From NCBI GenBank assembly GCA_024704765.1, contig JAKMXF010000022.1, positions 697,055-761,054 of the forward strand: a stretch of DNA of 64,000 nucleotides, given 5' to 3'. The notes beneath the pieces are model-generated. The model did no database searches. It saw only the letters and a program-made list of their open reading frames with translations, and was not told where the DNA came from. Positions within the stretch are counted from its first letter, which is position 1. The number at the start of each line of letters is the position of its first letter. Positions 46,507-62,453 of the stretch are shown piece by piece. Position numbers and translations under genes: made by a program. This DNA comes from Oopsacas minuta. Taxonomy: Eukaryota; Animalia; Porifera.

Positions 46507-47657
46507 ATGGCCGCAGGGACAGCAAACCAAACTTACAATTTATACAAGAGTGTCATTGATGAAGTAATCAAAAATGTGAGAGACGCGTTTCGCAATGAGG
46601 GACACGATGAAAAAGTTATTATAGAGCTGAGAAATGCATGGGAGGAGAGACTTAAAGATTCTGAAGCTGTTAAAGTGTCAAAAAATGACATCAACATCCC
46701 TGACACTTCCTCTACTATATACCCACACAATACAATCACAAAATCACACCCAATTAATCACCTACCGATGCCTAGTGGCTCCTCTCTGGTGGATAACTTC
46801 AGATCTGGAGGAGATGAACGTGTACACGCTCGAGAGCTTGATGTTCATTCACAAGCTTCCTCCCTGTTCCGTATGAAAAAGCATCCTATGCAACAACCTC
46901 ACCATTCTATGCACCCGTATCCTAATCCATTGATGCACCCACAGATGTATCTCGGCCATCCCCCTATGCCTCCTCCTCAGATGCGCCAATTCGAAAAATT
47001 TGAGAGTTCCCTCGGCTCTCCAGAAGATAAACCGAGTAAAGAGAAGCTTCCTGGATTCAAATCTGAAGGGAAGAGACAACAAACTGATATGAGTATGGTC
47101 AGTTCTCAACTCGTATAATTTATAAGGTTACACATTCTTAATAATTAATCCGTGTGTAGTTTGAAAAAGCTCCCAGTGCCAAGAGAAGTCGCATGGGGCA
47201 AGTTGACGGAACTGGGGGAGGACACGGGACCGGAACAAGTGGAACAGGAGCTACAGGGGGTGCTGACGTCATAGAGGACAGTACTGATGACGAGATTGAC
47301 GATGACGATCTGGATGATGATGATGATCAATCTGACAATTCTGAAATTGCTCCCGGTGATATAGACAGTATTGGAGTGCGTAAAGCTGATGGAGCCAAGG
47401 GAACTAGTGGGGGCGAGGCCGAAGGGGGGAAAGACCCAGAAGGTGTGGAAGGAGACGAAGAACTCGGAAGTACTGACGATGATGATAGCGGTGATGATCA
47501 CGAAGACCATTTCGAAACGGAGAATATGGTTGTATGTCAATTCAAAAAAGTTACTCGCACACGCAATAAATGGAGGTTCCATTTAAAAGATGGAATTATG
47601 AATCTAAACGGGTTCGATCAAGTTTTCAGTCAAGCAACTGGAGAAGCAGATTGGTGA
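46507..47657 (+). CDS. GTF2A1: TFIIA alpha/beta precursor; exons 46507-47097 (or 47112) and 47160-47657
   Basis: LYKSVIDEVIKNVRDAF..L..W N-terminal helices; QVDG site; C-terminal ENMVVCQFKKVTRTRNKWRFHLKDGIMNLNGFDQVF..GEADW. Confidence 0.92.
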
Positions 47658-48756
47658 TACTCTCTCCTGCATATTGTACAGTTGGTTTCTAAATTATTTC
47701 TATACTCTAATGAGAATCTATTTGAATCAGGCGCAGCTAATATCAACATCAAACATTAGCTTTATTGGAGAAAAATCTGTTGAAATTAATAACCTGATAA
47801 TATGTCTTGTCCGGTTGCTGAGACACTGATGAATTTTATTAAACTTATGTGGACTCACTCTTGTTATTATACTTATCTAACATGCTATTTTCTTGAGTCT
47901 TATTCTATTTGTTATAAATTGTAATTTCGTAATTAACCCACATGCTAATATTCAGAGCAGCTATAGCTATACTTGCTATAACATGCTTTCTCAAACTCTC
48001 ATGGGTTATGGGATCCCCTCTATAACCCTAGGCTGAGATTTGCAACAATATTTGAGCACTCTTTAGGACTGCTCTGCACCAGACTAGAAATTCATATGGA
48101 CATTCCTTTAAAATATCATCTTATATATGCGGTTCCGTGTTTGTTCCGGGTTGGTCCAGTTCTTGGAACGGTAGAACCAAGACTGAACCCTACCTTGTTG
48201 GTTCAAATTTTGAAAATAATAACCTTATTCAGAGCAATACGACAGCAAGGCAACATGCACGATGCAAGAATGTTACATAAGAAATTATATTTTCATGCAA
48301 CATTGTGCAGGAAAATAGAACATGTTCCTATTTCATGCAACATAATTGGCCTAAATAGAGGTATTGAAATGTGAGTGCGCATACACATTGAGGAGCTTAC
48401 GGATTGAGGGTTGGCTGATCGCCAACCCTCACTCCTAAAGTGTAGTAAATACACCAATACAACATTGCATATCCGGCGCACTCGACTTTTACTGCATGCT
48501 CAAAATTAAAAAGAAATTTCAAAAATTTTGCATGGAAAAACCAACAAATACGATGTAACTTTGATGAAAGCAACAATGTTGGATCGTATATGGTGGGCTT
48601 TTTGGTCAACTCATACTTGTTTAGACCCACTCAGTATCTTAGAGCATTCCTTATTGCTTGCGGCCCAATTTTTCTTTTCTTGTAAAGTACTAGTTACGAG
48701 CAATATTTCTTACTTTTTCAAGTGTTTATATTTTTGAATTGAAAGCAAAAAGTAAG

Positions 48757-48763
48757 CGGACCT

Positions 48764-48824
<61 letters not shown>

Positions 48825-48830
48825 AAGTCC
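48757..48830 (-). tRNA. tRNA-Asn(GTT)
   Basis: 74-nt cloverleaf GGACTTGTGGCGCAATCGG...CTGTTAAC...CCCACCCAGGTCCG with paired acceptor stem and a T-run downstream. Confidence 0.95.
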
Positions 48831-49363
48831 ATGAATATAATTGTTTCATTTCTCTGCCTTTTCAGCAATTTATATTTTCTTGTATACAGTTAGGGTTGCT
48901 TATTGTAAACCGCATGGGATGATCTTTTTGGGCCACTGGCTTTGTTTATTAACGTGAACGGTTCACGATTACACTTGTCTATATACAGTTGAAATCGGAT
49001 TATTTTGTCCCCGAAAAAGGGTTGTAAAGCCATTTCTTGCATATGCGCATTATTCCCTAGGGAGTATTGTTCTCGGACATTCACTAGTTAGATTTTTCTT
49101 GAGTAAGTGAAAATATTGATTGAAAGTGCTGAACACAGTCGTGAAACTACGTAGTTCAAGCTGCAGTTGGCATTTCATTGCACTATTCAAAGTGTATGTA
49201 AATCTGATATTTAACTCGGAGTGGTATCATGAATGCTCACACGGACTTGTGTGCATGTGATCATGTATATTCGATCTACTGAGTATGCCCACTCGAGTTT
49301 CTAACTCCTCATGCTCACTTGTTGGTAGTCTTTTCATCCTTTGTACAACTTTCGAAATATGTA

Positions 49364-49533
49364 CAGTGGAGTCTCCCAAAACGGACACTCCGAGAAGCGG
49401 TCAAACCTCGTGGCACGGATTGAATTTGACAAGCATGTAATTACTACTTAAGCAATCTCCGTGAAGCAAACAATTCTCTACAACGGACACAATGCCATGT
49501 CCCCAACGTGTCCGTTATTCGGAGACTCCACTG
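49364..49533. mobile_element. 170-bp Tc1/mariner (Tigger-like) MITE
   Basis: TA|CAGTGGAGTCTCC ... GGAGACTCCACTG|TA, perfect 13-bp TIR. Confidence 0.85.
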
Positions 49534-49938
49534 TACTCCTAGATCATATAATATTGTTTCAAACACTTTCAATGCATTTCACTACACTAAATGAAATATT
49601 TTGAAATTGTATATTTGAACAGTGCTGTTCGGATTAACCAGGGTGTATTATACAATTATATAATTTTCGATCGTTTTAGGCATACAGAATTTGAAAATTT
49701 TCGAATCTAGACCCCAAAATGTATGTACAAATTATCATGGCTGGCGGACGGACGTACGCACTAGAGCATCTCCCTAATATAAATTTCAGAAAATGATCTA
49801 AAAAATTATCATGAACGTGATTACGATCATTCATTTGGTGATCGATTGATGCCCAATACCCTCATTGTGCTCATCATTTTGGCTAAAATCAGACTTGAAT
49901 ATGTTTATAAGTAGCTAATTAGTACACAGAGCAGCTTC

Positions 49939-50634
49939 CTACAATTTTGTGAGTAAGAATATTAGAATGCTAATTTTACTAACTTTAAAATGAGCTTTCT
50001 TACTTTCCAATCCTTCTGAAATAGTTTCTAAAAACTCTACTTTCATCTTTCCCATATAGAATTGCTCTACTTCGCTGATACTAATTGCACAAGGGGGACC
50101 TGAGAATTCATCCCTAGGGTACTCAAATGTATTCAGTAGCATTCTACCTGTTGGCTTGAGGAGGCAAGTTTGTAATTCGACGTATGCTTCTCTCTCCATA
50201 GGGTCAATCGCTATAAAACTGTTCCAATCTAGAATCGCATCAAATATGCCAATATGGTCTTTGCTAATTTTGAATAACTCTCCCTGATATAATTTTATTT
50301 TGAGATCCTCGGATATTAGTAGATGCTCCGCACCACTCTTTTCATCAACTTTCTCTGAGAATTTTATCTTGTTATCTTGGAAAAATTCTTTGCAAGCTTT
50401 ATAGCTCAAGTCTATTCCTACTACTTCATGCCCTCTTTCATATAAGAATTTCATTTCTAGAGTTTTACCACACAAAGGTACTAGAATTCGCTTTAATTCA
50501 CCTTTATCAGTCATCTGGTCATAGTACTTGACAACATCGTTTCTCACTTCTTCACATTGCCATGGTGTTTTTCTAGTGTTCCATAGGTTTTCCCAGTATT
50601 CTAACGAGAATGTATTTGAAATTCCTGATGCCAT
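49939..50634 (-). CDS. TPMT: Thiopurine S-methyltransferase family SAM methyltransferase, intronless
   Basis: YWENLW..TPW, RILVPLCGKTLEMKFL..GHEVVGID, FDAILDW.SFIAI, SGPP motifs. Confidence 0.9.
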   Translation of the reverse strand: MASGISNTFSLEYWENLWNTRKTPWQCEEVRNDVVKYYDQMTDKGELKRILVPLCGKTLEMKFLYERGHEVVGIDLSYKACKEFFQDNKIKFSEKVDEKSGAEHLLISEDLKIKLYQGELFKISKDHIGIFDAILDWNSFIAIDPMEREAYVELQTCLLKPTGRMLLNTFEYPRDEFSGPPCAISISEVEQFYMGKMKVEFLETISEGLESKKAHFKVSKISILIFLLTKL

Positions 50635-51096
50635 AGGTTCTAACAGTGTTTATGTAGTCTATTAACCTAGTTGCATCAATTATTGATGGATGAATTATAC
50701 TTGTATAATAATAATATTACGTATTTAAGTACAAATCACTACAAATAGAGAATAAGAGCCGCTTCGCTTTCTCGCGCTGCGCGGCTTGTGAACACCATAA
50801 CAACAACAATAAAATTACGTATGATTAATTCATAAGTGTGAAATCAGATTCAGCATATTTGATATATTTATTCAAGTATATAGAATTCTGTTACATTCTT
50901 GATAAACACCATAGTGACATCTCATAATTAGGAAATTCGAATTCAACACAACATTCCATAAATCCTTTGATTGACAACGGACAAACAAACAAACACCTAA
51001 CAATCGAATTTTAAGGCGATCTATAGGTTAATTTTTCATATAAATTCCTTTTCGATTCCTTTTCTTTAGGAAAAATTAATTTATAAGCGTTGCAAA

Positions 51097-52611
51097 ATGG
51101 CAACATCTCCTGTCGATTCTGCCAAACAAGAAACAGAACCTGACCAACTGGTGAAAGAAAAACCAGAACTTGCCACACCTGTAACACCTGAATCCAAGCA
51201 AGAAGCAGAATCTTACAAAACTAAAGCAAACGAGCAATTCAAGGACAAGAAATTCAATGATGCAATTCAGAATTACACCGAAGCTATTAAACTAGATTCT
51301 ACTAATCCCATATACTATAGTAACCGAAGTATGGCGTATCTCCGTGTGGAAAGTTTTGGCTATGCACTCGAAGACGCTTCAAAAGCTATAGAGTTAGATA
51401 ATAAATATACCAAAGCTTATTACCGTAGAGCATCTTCTAATATGGCTCTAGGGAAATTTAAAAAAGCATTGAAAGACTATGAAGCTGTTATGAAAGTATT
51501 TCCTAAAGATCCTGATGCAAAAGCGAAATTCGCTGAGTGCAATAAGATAGTAAACAGACAAGCATTTATGAAGGCAATTTCCATTGAAACCGTTACCAAG
51601 CCTGCAATACGATCTATTCAAGTTGAAGCGTATGCGGTTGAAGATAGTTATGATGGTCCACGTCTTGAAGGCGATATAACGGCTGATTTTATGCAACAAC
51701 TAATTGATCGATTCAGGGATCAAAAGTTGCTGCATAAAAGGTATGCATACAAGATCTTGATTGAAATTAGAAAATATTTTGAGGCAGAACAAACTGTGAG
51801 AGATGTTAGATTTCCGAAAAATGGAAAGTTCACGTTATGTGGTGATATACATGGTCAATACTATGATCTTCTAAATATCTTCAAGTTAAATGGACTCCCT
51901 TCACCTGACAATCCTTATCTATTCAACGGGGACTTTGTTGACCGTGGTTCTTTCTCCGTTGAAGTAATATTCACAATGTTTGGCTTCAAATTACTCTACC
52001 CAGACCATTTCTTCATGGCTCGTGGTAACCATGAAACAGAAACAATGAATCAAATGTATGGATTCGATGGAGAAGTCAAATATAAGTACTCATCTCAGAT
52101 GTCTGAAATATTCACAGACATCTTCAACTGTCTTCCTCTGGCGCATCTTATAAATGATAAAGTACTTGTTATGCATGGCGGATTGTTTTCTAAAGATGAC
52201 GTAACTCTGGATGACATCCGTAAGATTGATCGATTCAGACAGCCGCCAGAGGAAGGACTCATGTGCGAACTATTGTGGTCAGATCCACAACACTTTAATG
52301 GACGATCACCAAGCAAAAGAGGTGTGGGGGTACATTTTGGTCCTGATGTAACGTCAAAGTTTTTAGAGAAGAATAAACTAGACTATATTGTGCGGAGTCA
52401 TGAGGTTAAAGATGAGGGGTTCGAAGTTGCGCACGATGGCAAATGCATAACAATATTCTCTGCACCTAATTATTGCGATCAGATGGGAAACAAGGGAGCT
52501 TACATAAATATCACCAGTGACCTCAAGCCTATTTACAAATCATATTCTGCAGTATCTCATCCCAGTGTAAAGCCAATGGCTTATGCTTCTCCATTGCTTG
52601 GATTGTTTTGA
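51097..52611 (+). CDS. PPP5C: Ser/Thr protein phosphatase 5 (TPR + PPP), intronless
   Basis: Three TPRs, GDIHGQ, GDFVDRG, RGNHE, HGG, WSDP, FSAPNYC, HP.VKPMAYA tail. Confidence 0.97.
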   Translation: MATSPVDSAKQETEPDQLVKEKPELATPVTPESKQEAESYKTKANEQFKDKKFNDAIQNYTEAIKLDSTNPIYYSNRSMAYLRVESFGYALEDASKAIELDNKYTKAYYRRASSNMALGKFKKALKDYEAVMKVFPKDPDAKAKFAECNKIVNRQAFMKAISIETVTKPAIRSIQVEAYAVEDSYDGPRLEGDITADFMQQLIDRFRDQKLLHKRYAYKILIEIRKYFEAEQTVRDVRFPKNGKFTLCGDIHGQYYDLLNIFKLNGLPSPDNPYLFNGDFVDRGSFSVEVIFTMFGFKLLYPDHFFMARGNHETETMNQMYGFDGEVKYKYSSQMSEIFTDIFNCLPLAHLINDKVLVMHGGLFSKDDVTLDDIRKIDRFRQPPEEGLMCELLWSDPQHFNGRSPSKRGVGVHFGPDVTSKFLEKNKLDYIVRSHEVKDEGFEVAHDGKCITIFSAPNYCDQMGNKGAYINITSDLKPIYKSYSAVSHPSVKPMAYASPLLGLF

Positions 52612-53200
52612 ATACAACAAATTAGTTTAGATATTTTTCAATTCGATCAACTTAATCTCTGATTTGATCAAAATTGGAGTTCATAATTTTCTCCCAATGT
52701 ATTTTAATTGTATACATCAAGGATTATCTAGGAACGCCGGACGCTCCTCTACTCACATGATTTCTGATGAAACTATATTTAGGTGCGTGGAAATTGAGGA
52801 TCTTTCCTTATACCGTAACACTGATTTAGGCGTATTAAAATTCGGGAGGAGGAGCGCTACGAATGTGCTCGTGAAACCCTGTATAATTATCCCCCTGGTG
52901 TATATACATTCAATAATTAAGACTTATGATTGAGGGACTATCAAACTGGTGAGTGCTATAGACTTTGGCCCGAGTATGGAGTATGAAGCATCTAGCAGTA
53001 AGACAGTAACATACTTTAAAATCTAACCGAAATATTTACCTATTTTGAGAGAAATATCTTGACTGAAACTAATTTATTTACAGAGTGTCCTAATAAAAGT
53101 GATGCTATAGGACACCCTCACGATTTTCTTGTTTTTATAAATAAATCAATAAAACTCTGGGATTAGTCACAAAATCGATGGGAGATTATGTTCTCTGATA

Positions 53201-53357
53201 CAGTGAAACCTCGTTAATACGAATTTCCGGTTAAGACGAACAGAATTTTACACAATTTTAGTCGTACAATGGAAATTCAATTGTTTTTACTCCGGTTAAT
53301 ACGTATTCCGGATAAGGAGTACAAATCTCGACGGTCCGTTGGTGTACGTATTAACTA
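53201..53357 (+). mobile_element. Truncated pogo/Tigger-like MITE upstream of DDX39B
   Basis: TA|CAGTGAAACCTCGTTAATACG left end; right end stops at GTACGTATTAAC. Confidence 0.6.
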
Positions 53358-53645
53358 CAACACATTGACATTGCTGGTAATTTGGCAACAGTTAGGATGT
53401 CAATAATTCGGTACAGTAGTGTACCTTGTTCAATAATCACTTGCACTCTATACGTTGACAATTACTATGTATTTCTATTCAATACAATACTCAAATTACT
53501 TCTTTATAAAGCAACCATTATATACTTATAGAATACTTTTGGAAATACTCTATTACAAATCCGTTTTCACTTACCACTCCTAATTGTATCTTCTTTGACA
53601 GATCTTTTCGCTTACCCCTTAGTTATCACTACTATCAGTCCAAAA

Positions 53646-58484
<4,839 letters not shown>

Positions 58485-58605
58485 CTGTTAGAATATGCTG
58501 TTTAGTGATTAGCCTTCTTGACAGAACTAATTAGCTTTATTTTGTATCTGACTAACTTAGAACAAGGAACAATTGATTATAGATAATGATACACCAAGGT
58601 ATTTG

Positions 58606-61542
58606 CACAATGGCACGACAGGTGGAAATTGCGAAATATTTGACAGTGATATTTTGATATCTAATTAATCCTATCTTATTCAGCATACTCGGAAACCCAG
58701 AAATACAGCATATAATGATATTTGATAGTTTTACTTTTGAACAATAGTTATTTCTAGATGAGTAACTTCAACATGATGAAACACAAAAATCAAGGTTTCT
58801 CAAAGTAGCCAAAGGAATTTGACACATATTCTTGTTTTAGTTATGTATATGAAAATTGTAGCCTGTCATATTGAAGTACTTTAAGTGGCCATTATAATGA
58901 AATACATGACTACTAAATTATAATATTAGCTTTTAGAATATACTAGGTAGAAATTCCAAATAATTTTGGTGAATTTATGTTTGGTCAATTGAGTTTTAAA
59001 TGCCACAACTATCTTTGCCTGTTGTTGCCCGTTGTAAATTGGATTTTATTTTGAAGAAAGTTATATTTAAAATAAAATAAACTTAGTTCTAGCCTGGCGC
59101 AACTTGGCGCTAATTGAGTTTTGCAACTATTTCTACTGGTCGTCCCGTAATTTACAGCCCTTTTGTTTGCAACAAATTTTATCTTATGGTTGATTATTAA
59201 TTAGTTTCAATTTTACTCCGTCCTAATGAACAATAAAGAAGCCTTCAATTTCTATATGTCCAACTCGGAGAAAGCGTTTAGTACGATTGCTCGTGAGTTT
59301 ATTGCTAAATATAATCTTGGAGAGTCCAATTGTGACCTTTTCCGCTGAAAATTTTCAAATATTAAGTCTGAAAGAAAAATATATTTGAAAGAGAAGGACT
59401 TAGCAACTTGGGAGGAATTGCTCTTTTGTAGGGATCCTCAAATGGATGACATTCCACAGTCTTCAAATGAAGCTAGACCCTTCAAGGAATCCACAATTGT
59501 ATTCGAGGAAGATTTTAGTCGAGTATCTCGGAAGCACATCAGCGAATTAAGTAATAAAGGTATGCGATATCGATTAGCCAACCTGAGATTACATCTGGAA
59601 GCTGTCGCACAGCGGGAAGAAGCTTCACCTAGGATGATTTCTAGCTACTTACTGTTGTTGTATTCACAGGAAGAGCATGATGTTAGCACCGCTAATATCA
59701 GCAAAAATGTAATTGCCGGGAGTCATGGATTAGGAAATTTCAACAGGAAACTCTCTTTAGATTCGTCTTGCTTCTTACTAGACTCATTAGAAATTGGGAA
59801 GTCAAAATACATCGACCTAAGACGTATATTAATTAATGAGGATATCACTCTTCCTGGTTACAATAGAGTCGCAATCCATCGTAGTCAAATTTGCCTAATT
59901 GATGAGATGGAAATAGTGGAAAGAGAATATCCGGTTGGCATTGGCATTTCCTATTACACATTACTCACTCACACAGTGAATAGGAAAATATCCACAAATA
60001 CTCCCATTGACAGTGATGACCAACCACTTAAGATTCGGATATCTGATGGGTTAGATGGGTCAGGTTCCCACCGCGTTTATCAACAAACAACTTCCCATCC
60101 CGATTTAACAACCAAGGACTTTCTATTATTTGGATTTAAGGTGCTTTCTATCACCAATCACCAAGGAAAACTCCTCTGGAAGAACTCTGTTCCGAATTCC
60201 CCATTCTCGATAAGGCCAATAACCATACTTGCTCTTCAAGAGAATCTAGAAAATGTAGGCTTTCTTATGTCGACAATGGTCAACAAGGAGACTGAGTACA
60301 TCGAAAATAATGGTCTAAATTTGATTAATGGTATCACTGTTAGTGTGCAAATTTTGCGTTCGCAAATTGATGGAAAAATGGCTCAAATTTTGAGTGGTGC
60401 AGGAGGAGCTTGTTGTCAGTTTTGCACAACTACATTCGAGCAGATGCACGATTTAACTTTTGTCCAGGATGGCTTTCCCATCAACAGGTTTATCAGTGAT
60501 GCAAAGATCATATTTGAAGAAGTTGATGAAGAGCGATTTCTCTCACTAAGTTCTAACGAAGATTTAATCTTACCCATGCACCTTTATCTGATATAGACAT
60601 AATCCTGGGTTCACCTTTACACGCATACCTTAGGTGTTTCAGTTGGTTTATGTCTCTGGTAAGCCATCTGACTGCTGGAGCAACTAAATGGTCACCAACT
60701 TCTACTAAAGTCCAATACACCAAGAGTTTTATTTGCGGTTTGTTAAAAGAAAAGTTGAATTTGATGATTGATTGTGCTTCTTCACAAGGTGGAACTTCTA
60801 CAACAGGAAATGTTGTGAGACGATGCTTAGTGAGGAAAGATGATAGTGAGAGAGACTTCCTATACTGGATTTTGACAGTATTACCATCAAATTGCAAACA
60901 AGTGATCACTGATATCCACACCTACCTTGGAGCCATCCTACGGGTATATAATTCTAATAGAAGAATACACACAGACGAACTCTCATTAGTATGTCGCGAA
61001 CTTTATCAGCTGATTTTGACGCAATTTTCTTGGGCTAACATAACCCCTACAATGCACAAACTGTTAGCTCATGCAGCAAGCATTATTTCTGATTATAATG
61101 ATGGTTATGGACTGGAACAATTATCAGAGGAAGGTCTGGAGTCAAGCAATAAGTTACTCAGAAGATTTAGAGAACGTTTGTCCAGGAAGTTTTCCTTTGA
61201 AGAAAACTTAAAAGATGTTTTCTTACGGATCATCTGCCAAAGTGATCCGATTCTTCTACTAAACAGAAAGATGCGGAAAAGTACCTCAAGTAACAGCAAT
61301 ACTCTTAGTAAACAAGATCTTATTGTTAATTCCCTCATAATAGAGGATGATTAAGTATATTTCTAAAAACTATATTGACATTCCAATGACGTCATAACTC
61401 GTGATTCCGAAGCCGTATATAAATTCTGATAGTGTAAATCTGTTGTATATGGTAGATAACCTATACGTCAATAATACATCATAAATGCATATCTGTTACA
61501 TAAATTGCTATTTCCACCAAACTGTCATTTCGTGCCACTGTG
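58606..61542 (+). mobile_element. Full-length Transib/RAG1-like DNA transposon, 2,937 bp
   Basis: 5-bp TSD ATTTG (58601-58605, 61543-61547); ends CACAATGGCACGA.. and (reverse complement) CACAGTGGCACGA..; encloses a single RAG1-core-like transposase. Confidence 0.92.
59226..61354 (+). pseudogene. RAG1-core/Transib-type DDE transposase with two lesions (TGA at 59346-59348; -1 frameshift near 60560); about 709 aa when repaired
   Basis: SDGLDG (first D), IDGK (second D), CQFC and HKLLAH zinc ligands, SPLHA, GNVVRR, SEEGLESSNKLLRRFR (catalytic E), SRK..DVF..SDP C-terminus. ATG 59226 is in frame with the ORF at 59385. Confidence 0.88.
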
Positions 61543-61852
61543 ATTTGTGCTGTTCCTGCGTTCTTTAATTATTTTGTGTTGTTTACTCATGTTTACGTAG
61601 AATAGTTAATATAAACATACATGCTTGTGTAAATTATATATACTTTTCAGTTAGTCAGGGCTCGCTAATGGAGGGAATACCGACCATTTGATCGATTTAT
61701 GATAAGTAATATAGCTTATACAGTGGGTATCGCTAATAAGAACCATCCTAAGGGGAATACGGCTCATGTAATTCATCCTAGTATATTTGAACCATAATTA
61801 TCTATAGAGAACTACCCACAGACATCATAACTATAGACATTTCACTAATTAT

Positions 61853-62044
61853 AACCATGGTTACTTCAAGTCTATTTAAATTGCCTACCAAATTTAATAG
61901 ACCTGATAATATCGAATTGGTACATTTTGGCTCGAATAAATGTATTATCTATCAATAATACATTTATTCGAGCCAAAATTCGATTATTATCGAGAATATG
62001 AAAATTGCCTACCAAATTTAACAGACTTGAAGTAATCCATGGTT
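61853..62044. repeat. Doubly nested fold-back element
   Basis: Outer ~21-bp inverted ends AACCATGG(A)TTACTTCAAGTCT; inner perfect 25-bp inverted repeat 61924-61948 / 61955-61979; 29-bp direct repeats at 61878-61906 and 62002-62030. Confidence 0.75.
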
Positions 62045-62453
62045 CAGTAAATATGGTCAGCGAACAGGCTAAAGTTTCATTGGTGTGGGAAATACCTTTT
62101 TTTATCTGCATACTTAATTGATATGTATAACTGCATCCTTGACCTATAATAATTCAGGGGTCAGCAAATTGTGATTGGAAACCGGATTGTGTTCTATAGA
62201 GGGTCATCAGAAATTGTTAAGGGTGTCGATAGCCCCAAAATGGGAGGGTTACTCTGCAGCAAAGTTGAAACCGATGGAACCAAATATCAGTATTCATGGA
62301 TAGCAACCTAACCAAATACTGATAGTATTCGGTTGCAACCTTCAGTCTGCAGTAACTAAGCTAACTATTATGATTAATCATAAATTATAAATTATTAAAC
62401 TCCAACGTTCACAAGTTAGTGAATCATAAAATTAGGATTTATTTGATATTTTT

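Noticed and set aside
48405-48431. Perfect 11-bp GC-rich hairpin TGAGGGTTGGC-TGATC-GCCAACCCTCA
   Set aside because: Lies among repeat-like fragments; no Helitron terminus or ncRNA context could be established.
52740-52860. TGATGA...CTGA pair and a short inverted repeat after PPP5C
   Set aside because: Non-canonical C box, no terminal stem, not intronic.
58606-59225. Possible RAG2-like gene in the transposon
   Set aside because: No ORF of adequate length on either strand and not enough space for a kelch domain.
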